From the human T2T-CHM13v2.0 reference genome, Homo sapiens: DNA of 64,000 bases. The notes below the pieces were generated by a model. The model saw nothing but the letters and a program-made list of their open reading frames with translations, had not been told where the DNA came from and made no database searches. The stretch lies in NCBI RefSeq assembly GCF_009914755.1, contig NC_060947.1. One strand, given 5' to 3'. A program made the position numbers and the translations under genes. Shown piece by piece: positions 13,001 to 26,825 of the stretch (its first letter is position 1; each line of letters opens with the position of its first letter).

Positions 13001-14897
13001 GTCAGTCATAGATTTGCTCTCTTTACATAATCCATATTTCTCAGAGGTTTTGTTTGTTCCTTTTCATTCTTTTTTCTCTATTTTTGTCTGCCTGTCTTAT
13101 TTCAGAAAGACAGCCTTCAAGCTCTGAGATTCTATGCTCTGCTTAGTCTATTCTGCTGTCAATACTTGTGTTTGCATTGCGAAGTTCTTGTGTTGTGTTT
13201 TTCAGCCCCCTCAGGTCAGTTATGTTTCTCTCTAAACTAGCTATTCTGGCTACCAATTCCTGTGTTGTTTTATCATGATTCTTAGCTTCTTTGCATTGGG
13301 TTACAACATGCTCCTTTAGCTCAATGTGGTTTGTTATTACCCACTTCTTAAGCCTAATCCTATCAATTCAGCCGTCTCAGCTTCAGCCCAGTTCTGTGCC
13401 CTTGCTGGAGAGGTGTTGTGGTCTTTTGGAGGAGAAGAAGCACTCTGGCTTTTTGAGTTTTCAGCGTTTTTGCATTGATTCTTCCTCATATCTGTGGGCT
13501 TACCTACCTTCAATCTTTTAGGTTGCTGACCTGTGAATAAGGGTTTTGTGGGGTCTTTTTTGTTGATGTTGTTGTTTTCTGTTTGTTTGTTTGTTTTCCT
13601 TTTGACAGTCAGGCTACTTTACTGTATGGCTGCTGCAATTTGCTGGGGGTCTGCTTTAGACCCTAGTTGCTACTATAGTTTCTCCCATACCTGGAAGTAT
13701 CACCAGTGAAGGCCATGAAACAGCAAAGATAACAGCCAGATCCTTCCTCTGGAAGCTCCATCCCAGGGGGATACTGATCTGTTGCCAGCCTACATGCACC
13801 TGTAGGAGGAGACTGGATACCCATGTTGGCAGGTCTTACCCAGTCAGGAGGAATGAGATAAGGGATCTGCCCCTAGAAGCTGTCTGGCTGCTTTTTGGTA
13901 GAGCAGGCATGCTGCATTGAGGGGCTCTCTTCCTCATCTGGACTACCTGAATTCTCCAAAGCTGGTAGGCTGAAGGAGCTGAGTTGGCCAAACCACAAAG
14001 ATGGAGGCCACCCCTTCCACTGCAAGCTCCATCACAGGGAGGGATCAGAGCTCTATTCATAGTACCCTGGCTGGAGTGGCTGGAGCCCCCTCAGAGAGGT
14101 CCTGCCCAGTGAGAAACAATGGATCAGCGTCCCACTTAAAGAAGCAGTCTGGCCACCAACTGGCAAGGCAGCTGTGCTGCATTGTTGGGGGGCCCTTCCT
14201 TATCTGGACCATCTGTATTCTCCACAGGGGGCAGGCTGGAATAGCTGAGTCTACCAAACCACAGAGATGGTGGCCACCCCTCCACCCAGGAATTCAGACT
14301 CATCTCAGGCAGACTGCAACCTGCTGCCATTGGCTAGCTGGGATTCCAAGCCAGTGGGTCTTAACTTGTGAGGTAACAGGAAGTGGGGCACACAGAACAA
14401 TGCTGCTTGGCTCACTGGATTCAGCACCCTTCCTAGGGATATGTGCAGATGGATTTCCCACCTTACTGGTGATCCCAAGGCCAGAGCATGTAAAGTTCCT
14501 GGGTGTCTGTGTGTGTCTGAGTGGCTGCTCTGCTGAGACTCCACACAGCTCTGTGTGTCAGACCCAAGGCCCTGGTGGTGTGGGCTCATGAGGCGATATC
14601 CAGATCCATGAGTTGCAAAGATCCATGAGAGAAGTGCGGTTTTTCAGGTGGGGTTGCGCAATCACTCACCACTTCCCTTGGATGAGGGTGGGGCTTCCTT
14701 TGGCTCCATGCCACTCCCCCACGGGCCATCACCTTTCCCCACTTTTCTTCATTTTTTTGTGGGTCGAGTTGTTTTCCTAGTCAGTCTCAATGTGAGAACC
14801 TGGATATTTCAATTGAAGATGCTGAATTCCCTCACCCTTTCTTGTTCCTCTCCGTGAATACCGTGGACCACAGCTGCTTCTAATTAGCCATCTTGGA
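10058..14897 (-). mobile_element. L1PA10-13-type LINE-1, 5' UTR to poly(A), with ~1.7 kb internal ORF2 deletion
   Basis: Poly(T) at ~10059; ORF2 remnants (MAGSNSHITILTLNVNGLNAPIKRHR, DLIEIYRNLHP, WNQPKCPSMID); ORF1 remnant (KGKPIRLTADFS...QARRDWG); 5' UTR ending GCCATCTTGG; deletion junction at ~11505. Confidence 0.92.
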
Positions 14898-15259
14898 TCG
14901 TGTTTTTTGCGACATTTTTAAAATACACCTTTGTAAACTGTTACTTGTTCTTCTCTCACTGTTTAAATTTATGGAAACAACTAAAGCATGTTTCACGAGG
15001 AAAACTTCAACAAGTCTGACATATATTTTGATATTATTAATGAGGAATATTCAACAAGAAATGCTAATAAGACAGACCTCAGTATAAAGTGGCACTGTTC
15101 CCACTATACAGATAACACATTTTTCCTAGCTATCGGTAGTGTCAATGGCAGTAATAACAGATTCATACTGCCTGATTCCTTTCTCTCTGAAATCATTTAG
15201 AGAAGTTAAACTTAATTTTATGTAAAAATGTAAAATTTTCCAATATTTATTTTTGGGGT

Positions 15260-17150
<1,891 letters not shown>

Positions 17151-17818
17151 ATTACAGGCCAATATCCTTGATGAACACAAATGCAAAAATCTTCAACAAA
17201 ATACTAACAACTCAAATTTAACAGCACATTATAATGATCATACACCATAATCAAATGGAAATTATCCCTGAGGTGCAAGAACAGTTCAACATACACAAAT
17301 CAATAAATGAGATACACTATATTAACAGAATGAAGGATAAAAATTATAGAATCATCTCAACAGATGCAGAAAAACAATTTGACAAGCTTTACCAAATTAG
17401 GTAAAGAAAAAATATACCTCAACATAATGAATGTCAAATATGACAAGCTAACAGATAACATCATACTCCAGTGAAAAGCTGAAATCTTTTCTGTTAAGAT
17501 CAGGAGCAAGGATGTCCACTCTTGCCCCTGCTAGTCAACATAGTACTGGAAATCCTAGCCAGGGCAATGAGGCAAGAGAAAGAAATAAAAGGCTTCCAAA
17601 TTGAAAAGAAGAAGTAAAATTGTCTCTATTGGAAGATGACATAATCTTATATACACAACACTCTAAAAACTCTGCCAAAAAAAAATTACTAGAATGAATA
17701 AACGAATTCAGTAAAGTCACAGGGTACAAAATCAACAGGGAAAGATCAGATGCATTTCTATACACTAACAATGAACTCTCAAAAGGAGAAATTTTAAAAG
17801 CAATACCATTTACAGTTG

Positions 17819-20175
17819 GGTATTAGTCTCTTCTCATTCTGGTAATATAGACATACCTGAGATTAGGTAATTTATAAAGGAAAAGGTTTAATTGACTCAC
17901 AGTTCAGCATGTCAAGGACTCAGGAAACTTACAATCATGGCAGAAGAGGAAGCAAACACATCCTTCTTCACATGGCAGCAGCAAGGAGAAGTGCCTATGA
18001 AAAGGGGGAAAAGCCCTTATAAAACCATCAGATCTCGTGAGAACTCACTCACTATCATGAGAACAGCATGAAGGTAACCACCCCCATTATTAAATTACCT
18101 CCCACCAGGTCTCTCCCATGACACATGGGGATTATGGGAGCTACAGTTCAAGATGAGATTTAGGTGGGGACACAGCCAAACCATGTCATTCCACCCCGGC
18201 CCCTTCCAAATCTCATGTCCTTATGTTTCAAAACAAAATCACACCCTTCCAACAGTCCTCCAATGCCTTAACTTATTCCTGTATTAAACCAAAAGTCCAT
18301 GTCCAAAAGTCTTGTCTGAGACAAGGCAAGCCCCTTCTGCCTATGAGCCTGTAAAATCAAAAGCAAGTTAGTTACTACCTACATACAATGAGTCAACAGG
18401 TATTGGGTAAATACATCCATTCCAAATGGGAGAAGTTGGCTAAGACAAAGGGGCTACAGGCCCCATGCAAGTCCAAAATCCAGTGGGGCAGTCAAATCTT
18501 AAAGTTCTAAAATGATCTTTGAATCCAAGTCTCACATACAAGGTGTGCTGATGCAAGAGGTGAGCTCTCAATGCCTTGGGCAGCTCCATCCCTGTGGCTT
18601 TGCAGGGTACAGCCCACCATCCTGGCTGCAATCACAGGATGGCAATGAGTGTCTGTGGGTTTTCCAGGTGCATGATGCAAGCTGTCAGTGGATCTACTAT
18701 TCTGGGATCTGGAAGACTGTGGCCCTGTTCTCACAGCTCCAGTAGGCAATACCCCAGTGGAGACTCTTTTTGGGGCCTCTTACCCCACATTTCACTTCTG
18801 CACTGCACTAGCAGAGGTTCTCCATGAGAACTCCATCCCTGCAACACACCTGTGCCTGGATATCCAGGCATTTACATATATCTTTTAAAATCTAGATAGA
18901 AGTTCCCAAACCTCAATTCTTGGCTTCTGTGCACCTGCAGGCCTAACATTATGTGTAAGCTGCCAACCCTTGGGGCTTGCATCCTCCAAAGTAACAGCCT
19001 GAGCTATATATTGGCCCCTTTTAATCATGGCTGGGACACAGGGCATCAAGTCCCAAGACTACACAAAGCAGCAAGGCCTTGGGTCCAGCCAAAAAAAAAA
19101 CATTTTTCCCCCTAAGCCTCTAGGCCTGTGATGGGAGGGGCTACTGTGAAGACCTCTGACATGTCCTGGAGACATTTTCTCCATTGTCATGGCAATTAAC
19201 ATTTGGCTCCCTTTTTACTTATGCAAATTCCTGCTGCCAGCTTGAATTTCTTATCAGAAAATGGGTTTTTCTTTTCTATAGCATCATCAGGCTGCAAATT
19301 TTCTGAACTTTTATGTTTTGCTTCCCTTTTCAACATAAGTTCCAATTCCAAACCATATCTTTGTGAATACATAAAACTTAATGCTTTTAACAGCACCCAC
19401 ATCACCTCTTGAATGATTTACTACTTACAGATTTCTTTTCCTGGATACCCTAAATCATCTCTTTCAAGTTCAGAGTTTCACAGATCTCTAAGGTAGGGGC
19501 AAAATGCCACCAGTCTGTTTGCTAGAGCATAGCAAAAGTCACCTTTATTTTACTTCCCAACAAATTCCCCATTTCCATCTGAGATCACCTCAGCCTGGAC
19601 TTCATTGTCCATACCACTATCAGCATTTTGGTCAAAGCCATTCACCAAGTCTCTAGGAAGTTTCAAACTTTCCCACCTCTTTCTGTCTTCTTCTGAGCCC
19701 TCCAAGCTTTTCCAGCCTCTGCCTGTTACCCATTTCCAAAATCGCTTCCACATTTTCAGTTATTTTTACAGTAGCACCCCACTCCTGGTACCAATTTACT
19801 GTATTAGTCTGTTCTCACACTGCGAATAAGGACGTACCAGAGACTGGGTCATTTGTAAAGGAAAAATATTTAATCAACTCACAGTTCAGCATGGCTGGAG
19901 AAGCCTCAGGAAACTTACAATCATGGCAGAAGTAGAAGCGAACATGTCCTTCTTCACATGGTAACAGCAAGGTGAAGTGCCAAGCGAAACAAGGAAAAGC
20001 CCCTTATAAAACCATCAGATCTTGTGAGAACTCACTCACCATCACAAGAACAACATGAGGGTAACCAACCTCATGATTAAGTTACCTCCCACTGGGTCCC
20101 TCCCACATCATGTAGGGATTATGGGAACTACAATTCAAGATGAGATTTGTCTGGGGACACAGCCAAACCATATCA
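17819..20175 (-). mobile_element. Complete ERVL-MaLR THE1C-type provirus (LTR-int-LTR)
   Basis: Two ~370 bp direct LTRs (17819-18188, 19800-20175) ending CCAAACCATRTCA flank a ~1.6 kb THE1 internal region. Confidence 0.92.
20074..20084 (-). promoter_or_regulatory. DUX4-type motif TAACTTAATCA in THE1C 5' LTR
   Basis: Plus strand TGATTAAGTTA fits TAAYBBAATCA on minus; TATAA element at ~20004-20010. Confidence 0.55.
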
Positions 20176-21949
20176 AGCAACATCAAAATTAATAAATTTA
20201 GGGGCAAATTTAACCAAGGGAGATGAAAGATCTCTACACTGAAAACTATAATGCATCAGTGAAAGAAATTAAAGAAGACATTAATAGATATCCTGTGTTC
20301 TTAAATTGAAAGAATTAATATTGTTAAAATGTCCATACCATCCAAAGCAATCTATGGATTCAGTGCAATTCCTATCAAAATGCCAATGTTACTTTTCACA
20401 GAAATATAAAAAAGAATTCTAAAATTCATATGGAACCACCAAGGACCCAGACTAGCCAATGCAAACTTGAGAAACACTGTTTTGTTAGCAGGTCTATTAT
20501 ATAGTTATCAGAGTCTTGCCTAAGACTTGTTATTTATATTGCAAGGTTTTATCCAGCTCTTCAGCTAGAAAGAATGCATGTCGTGTTAACATGATGGTGC
20601 TATGTTATATTAATGAACAATATCATTTCTTATTTGAAACCTTAGTTATTATGGCTGCATGAAGATCAAGATCACTTAGGAAGAAAACCATGATGTAACA
20701 TTACACTATTGAGCATCACAGTCTTTGAATTAAAATAATACTTTTACATTATCTTTTCTATTTGAAAATGCTCCTGCTAAAGTGTGGGGTTTTCTTTCCA
20801 GATTTTCCTCCATCAGCAGGACTTACATGTGCTTTGTTTAGAGAGCTGACAGGTTGTACTAGAGCATACTACAGCTGTGCCTCTCTGGCCTAGCAACATG
20901 TGGTGTCAGATGATCTTTAATGACTAGGGTACGGGCTTCAACCCTTAGAATCTTTAGGAACAGCAGACAGCTCTTGAAAACAGGAGACACACATAAGGGC
21001 AGAGCTGAAGGAAACTGCTAGCGTTTAGTTTAAATGGTGCCAAACCTTACTATCATTTGTGGGTCACTGAGTTTTTTATCTTTTTACAGCTGTTTTTGAG
21101 TATCAGTGACAGATAATTTGTAATAGCATTAACATTTTAACAATGCGTGAAAAAAGGAAGTATTTTCTTTACTTTTGCATTCAGTAATTTAATGTACATT
21201 CAGCTCTTTAAAAGAACAGAGGATAAACTTAAAGTTATTGGAACTAGAGGAAAGTTATGACAATCCTTTATTTTAATGACTTATAATGGAAGTGGGAGAT
21301 AATATAAAAGACAATGCATGAGAAAGCTGAATATGGAATAATAATAGAAATTACAGTGGTTAAGAAGATTGTTTTTAATTTATCCTGTTTGACAGAGTAA
21401 GTTACATTTGAGAGCACACAAGAGTAGAAAAGTTCATTCATACAAACACTGTGTATCACACAATGTATTATTTTTGTATGTCAAGCATGCAGGTGGGCCC
21501 TTGAAAATTCCATTTTTGACTTCTTTTTTTTCCTTTTTATTCACAGCCAAAATAACAATTAGAGGCCATGTACATTAGATGTGCAATTCCCAGCTCTGGC
21601 TTTGTTGACAGCAGACATTAGGTAGAGTGGAGTGTCTTCTAGACACACTTGTGAGTTAAACTTAATTTATAGAGGAGGGACCAATTAAGGGACTTGACAA
21701 TGAAGTCATTTTTACAATTTATGAAACCTGATTTCTTTGTCCCAGCTTAAGATGAATTGACTCTCCATTGATGTTTCTTTATATCTATTTCTTAATAAAA
21801 GATCTTGTTCAATTAATAAAATTCTTTAAACAACTATTATTTATCACTTTAAGAAGTTAAACATTGGCTTACAAGAGAAAGGAAGTCTATTAAAACCATA
21901 CATTTGGTTTTCTCTAATTTTTAGAAGCCCACATTTTGTCAGTTGAAAG

Positions 21950-22411
21950 TGTCCCCAAAACAGCAGGGGTTTGGTCTAGGTTCTGCTACTCACTGCACAG
22001 AAAGCCAATGACTGAGATGACAAGTATTACCAAGGAAGAAGGAAGAAGGCTTTAATTGGGTGCTGCAGCCAAGGAGATGGGAGCTCAGTCTTAAATCCCT
22101 CTCCTTGACTGTCTAAAATTAGGTTTTTATATAGTGGGGAAGAAATGTAACAATGTATTAGAAGACAGGAACTATAGAGGGGCAAGGAAACAATCATGAT
22201 GAATGAGGGATCTGGCATCTCATTATCTGGATGCCCTGATCTGGTGAGTTTCAGTTCTTTGATTTTTTTTTTTTTCTGAGAGGCCTGAACATCATTTCCT
22301 GAGGAAGGAATGCAGATAAAACAAATATAAGTTTCAAGCTTTAAGACCAGAAGGATCAATATCTATGTTTACCCAAAAACAACTGTCTATGGGACTATTG
22401 GGTCAGTTTCA
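21950..22411 (-). mobile_element. ERV1 solo LTR (MER66/LTR47-like, MER4 group)
   Basis: TG...CA termini, ~460 bp; minus-strand TATATAAA (~22126) and ATTAAA (~22071); near-TSD AAAG/AGAG. Confidence 0.7.
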
Positions 22412-22527
22412 AGAGAATGAATTTCAAGAGAAAGAATATTTGATGCTTTTGGAGGCAAAATTAACTTATTCAGAATACTATTTCCTAGAATATAAAGAGA
22501 TGTGTTATTCAACTAAAGAATAGTTTG

Positions 22528-22880
22528 TGTTCTCACTCATAAGTGGGAGTTGAACAATGAGAACGCATGGACACAGGCAGGGGAACATCACACACCGGGA
22601 CCTGTCGGGGGTGGGGGCTGGGGGAGGGATAGCATTAGGAGAAATGCCTAATGTAAATGACGAGTTGATGGGTGCAGCAAACCAACACGGCACATGTATA
22701 CCTATGTAACATACCTGCACGTTGTGCACATGTACCCCAGAACTTAAAGTAAAATTTAAAAAATAAATAAAATAAAATAATAAAATTGCCTTTCAAAAAA
22801 CAAAAAAAGAAATATTGAAAAGCTACCCGGTATTTTAACGGGCACGTATTTTTAAAATAAATTTTATTGCATAAAAAAAA
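22528..22880 (+). mobile_element. 5'-truncated L1PA5/6 with 3' transduction
   Basis: L1 3' UTR, A-tail, ~85 bp non-L1 sequence, AATAAA and second poly(A), all inside TSD AAAGAATAGTTTGT (22515-22528 / 22878-22891). Confidence 0.88.
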
Positions 22881-22907
22881 GAATAGTTTGTTGGGTGAAA
22901 GGGAATT

Positions 22908-23248
22908 AATTTTATTTTATTATTTTTAAATTCTACTTTAAGTTCCAGGATACATGTGCAGACCGTGCAGGTTTGTCATATAGCTATACATGTGCCATGG
23001 TGGTTTGCTGCACCTATCAGCCTGTCATCTGGCTTTTAAGCCCCGCATGTATTAAATATTTGTCCTAATGCTCTCCTTCTCCTCAACCCCCACCCCCCAC
23101 CCCCCGACTGGCCCCAATGTGTGTTGTTCCCATTTCTGTGTCCATGTGTTCTGATTGTTCAACCCCCACTTATGAGTAAGAACATGCGGTGTTTGGTTTT
23201 CTGTTCCTGTGTTAGTTTGCTGAGGATGATGGCTTCCAGCTTCATCCA
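22908..23248 (-). mobile_element. L1PA8 3' end fragment
   Basis: TTTTAAGCCCCGCATGTATTA...TTTGTCCTAATGCTCTCC resembles the L1PA8 3' UTR. Confidence 0.82.
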
Positions 23249-23368
23249 AGGAGAGACGTTGGAAGGGACCTATTTAGTGTCATTCTTTTCTCCCCTTTTT
23301 TTGTCTGTTACCAGTGTGTAGTTGTTGGGATGGTGTGAACAGGCTGTATGACTGAGAATGCTGTAAGA

Positions 23369-23718
23369 CAGGGGTCCCCAAACCGTGGGCCATGGACCGG
23401 TACCTATCCATGGCCTGTTAGGAACCAGGCTGCACAGCAGGAGGTGAGCAGTGGCAAGCGCGCATTACCGCCTGAACTTCACCTCCTGTCAGATCAGCAG
23501 CGTCATTAGATTCTCACAGGAGCTCAAACCCTATTGTGAACTGCTCAAAGGATCTAGATTGTGCACTTCTTATGAGAAATCTAGCTAATGCCTAATTATC
23601 TGAGGTGGAATAGTTTCATCCTGAAACCATTATCCACCCACCCACCCCCACTCTCCAACCATGGAAAATTGTCTTCTACGAAACCAGTCCCTGGTGCCAA
23701 AAAGGTTGGGGACCACTG
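23369..23718 (+). mobile_element. MER1B (hAT-Charlie MITE)
   Basis: TIRs CAGGGGTCCCCAA / TTGGGGACCACTG; internal GGCCTGTTAGGAACCAGGCTGCACAGCAGGAGGTGAGC. Confidence 0.9.
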
Positions 23719-25625
23719 TGGTAGGAGAAGGAGATAAGCAGAAATATTTCCTTGTTTCCAACTGAGCGTTCAACCTTCCCAGAGAGCTGACAAAGTAGAA
23801 AAAAGGAAGACCCCCCTAGCAACATCACATGAGTACAATTTTTAAATTTAAGTGTACTTTATTCTGTTGTCTCTATTTATACAGATTAATATTTAACTTT
23901 TTAATAACTATATTAGCAGGAACAACTTAGTTGTACAACAAATCTCTTAAAATAATACTGCTTGTTATAATTTAAAGAGCATCTTTATATTCTCTTCTTT
24001 CATTAACAAGGCTGAAAGGAAATAGTACTCTGATTTTAGTGATGAGAAATTTATACTCAGAGATTTAGCCTTTTCACCCAGCTAATAAAGGGTAATGCCA
24101 GAACTTGAACAATGTCTTCTGAATGCGATCCATTTGCTTTTGTTTCACGTCTGGTTCTATAAAGTGAATTGCAGTTTTGAGTAGTGCAGTGAATTGAAAA
24201 GCAAGCCTTCAAATATGAGTTGATTTTTAAGAATCAACTCTTCACTGTAATAGAAAATCTTCACACTTATTTTTTAAAATTTGATTACACAACATAGTAG
24301 GTTTTTTTTCTGCAGAGTGGATTTAGGATGAAAGGTTAAGTTTTCTTTATATTTCCTTCTGTGCTGTTTTAATATTTTTTTCAATAGGTTCACACTGTTA
24401 AGTACTTATATTCAAACAATAAAATAACAATAGAAATATTTCAGATTTGTAAATAGTCTTTTTCTCTCCCAAAATACCACCACATTTGTAATTTTTTCTT
24501 TAGTTTGTTATCCTGTCTCACAGTTAAAGCGACTGAGTCACAAGCAAATAAAGAGTGTTGGCCAACGTCTCATGGCTAGTTTGTGTACACCACAAATCTC
24601 AGGTTCCTGATTTTAGGCTAGAGCTCTTTGGACAGCAAAAGTGATTTATTTATTTTTCTTTCAAATATCCCCTCTTTTAGTCTTAGCTTAATTTTTCTGA
24701 GGCTAATAAGACTTTATAATAATGTATTTCAGGTATGCTTAACCATTTATCATTACATGTTACAGAATGACCTGATGACATGAAAAGTGTGCATGTATCT
24801 TTTAAGAAGTTTTTTCAACTCCAGAAGAACTTATCAATTTGGAAATGTCTAATTCACCATGCCACATTGAAATATTGCAATAAAACATTGTGATTTATAA
24901 CACCATATTGTTATAAATCTAAAAATGGGTGACTTAGTTTAGTCATATTTTGTAGGTTCAAATGCAACATATATGTATAACATGGAATTATTAAATGTTA
25001 ATGTTGGTAGACGTCAATGCAACTTAGAACTAAAAAAAGGCACGTCTTAATTTCTCTTAGAAAGTCCGAAATCTTACTTTTAGCAATGAAGTTTCACATC
25101 CTAATTGAAATATAAACAGAAAAGATGTATGTTTTCTTTCCCAGCTCTTTTCCATTTGCATGATTATAGATTCTGACAGACGCAAAATATTTATGTATTC
25201 AGTGATACCTCTTTTAATTAAAACACTATACAGTATGAGGGTATAATACCAGACCTCTCATTATTACCCAAAGGAATGTAGTTGGTATAAAAAATAGTTG
25301 GTTAAAAAGTGATTACCTCAGAAAGGGTGGCTTAATTATATGAGCATTTGCTTGACTCTGGAGAATACTTTGCAAGCCCAAGGACAACATTTACAAGTAT
25401 AACCACATGTCACAGCAACTTTTCTTGTACCAATTTACACTATAAAATTAGTATCCAAACAAGTCTTTGCTCACTTTATGTGGATTACTTGGAAAATAGT
25501 GTCTTGTTAGATTAAAAAAAAAGTGATTGTTTAAAAAAGTAGCATCACATTAGTAAAATTCAAGATATTGTTTAGAATTTACTAAGCGTCAAGGTAGTGA
25601 AGATGATCAAAGAAGGATCATCATA

Positions 25626-25946
25626 GGCTAGACATGGTGGCTCACACCAGTAATGCCAACACTTTGGGAGTCTGAAGGTGGGAGGGTCACTTGAGCCCAG
25701 GAGTTTAGAACAGCCTGGGCAACATAGCGAGACTCCTTCTCTACAAAAAATAAAAAATTACCAGGGCGTGGTGGTATGCTCCTGTGTCCCAACTACTCGG
25801 GAGCCTGAAGTGGAAGGATCACTTGAGCTTAGGTGGCTGAGGCTGCAGTGAGCAGTGACTGTGCCACTGCACTGCAGCCTGGGTGACTGAGTCGCCCTTG
25901 TCTCAAAAAAAAAAAAAAAAAGGAAAAAAGAAAAAAGCAAAAGCAA
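25626..25946 (+). mobile_element. AluJ
   Basis: CTTGAGCCCAGGAG and CCTGGGCAACATAGCGAGAC diagnostics; A-tail; TSD-like GGATCATC. Confidence 0.9.
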
Positions 25947-25964
25947 AGGGGATCATCGTGTTTG

Positions 25965-26825
25965 GCAGCATGGCTTGGTGGAGAGTGCGGCCTAGAATCC
26001 TGATTCTGCCAGTTCTTTTTATGTGACTTGGGTAATTTATTGAATCCCACTAAGGTTCAGCTTCCTCATTTGTAAAATAAGTATAATAATGTGTCCGGAA
26101 TTGGTTCTTTCCGGTGGGTTCTTGGTCTCGCTGACTTCAAGAAGTTGCAGACCATCACAGTGAGTGTTACAGCTCATAAAGGCAGCGTATCCAGAGTTGT
26201 TCGTTCCTCCTGGTGGGTTCACAATCTCGCTGGCTTCACGAATGAAGCCGCAGACCTTCACAGTGAGTGTTACAGCTCTTTAAGGCAGTGCGGACCCAAA
26301 AAGTGAGCAGCAGCAAAATTTACTGCACAGAGTGAAAGAACAAAGCTTCCACCACGTGGAAGGGGACCTGAGCGGGTTGCCACTTCTGGCGAGGGTGGCC
26401 TGCTTTTATTCCCTTATTTGGCCCCACCCACATCCTGCTGATTGGTCCATTTTACAGAGAGCTGATTGGTCCATTTTACAGAATGCTGATTGGTCCATTT
26501 TGACAGCGTGCTGATTGGTGTATTTACAATCCTTTAGCTAGATAGAAAAGTTCTCCAAGTCCCCTACCCGATTAGTTAGACACAGAGCCCTGATTGGTGC
26601 GTGTACAAACCTTTAACTAGACACAGAATGCTGATTGGTGTGTTTACAATCTTTTACCTAGACAGAAAAGTTCTCCAAGTCTCCACCCAACCCAGAAGCC
26701 CAGCCACTTCACCTCTCAATAATACCTCTCTTACTTGGCTTTAATGAAAATTAGCAATAAGATAAAAGTTCGTAGTGCAGCACCTCATAGTGCAGCCGCT
26801 CCTAGGCACTGAATAAAGTTAGTTC
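25965..26825 (+). mobile_element. MIR split by LTR12 insertion
   Basis: TGTGACTTGGGTAA...CAGCTTCCTCATTTGTAAAATAAGTATAATAA continues after the LTR as ATAATACCT. Confidence 0.65.
26090..26718 (-). mobile_element. LTR12 (ERV9) solo LTR
   Basis: TGTGTCCGGAATTGG...CACCTCTCA termini; perfect 4-bp TSD ATAA; six CTGATTGG (CCAAT) repeats; GAATAAAA TATA-like element at 26404-26411. Confidence 0.93.

Larger units (their letters stand above)
17151..20474 (+). mobile_element. Inverted L1 ORF2 (RT region) segment of the same L1MA, split by THE1C provirus
   Basis: ATTACAGGCCAATATCCTTGATGAAC (YRPISLMN-like) at 17151; L1 resumes at 20176 and ends at the RIAKAILRK-equivalent GCAAACTTGAGAAA. Confidence 0.85.

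Noticed and set aside
14001-14591. 196-aa + strand ORF, the longest in the track
   Set aside because: Lies antisense in the GC-richer L1 5' UTR, has no recognisable domain and does not resemble L1 ORF0; stop-poor by composition.
26435-26660. Regularly repeated GCTGATTGG units
   Set aside because: Known LTR12 U3 CCAAT repeats, not a novel array.
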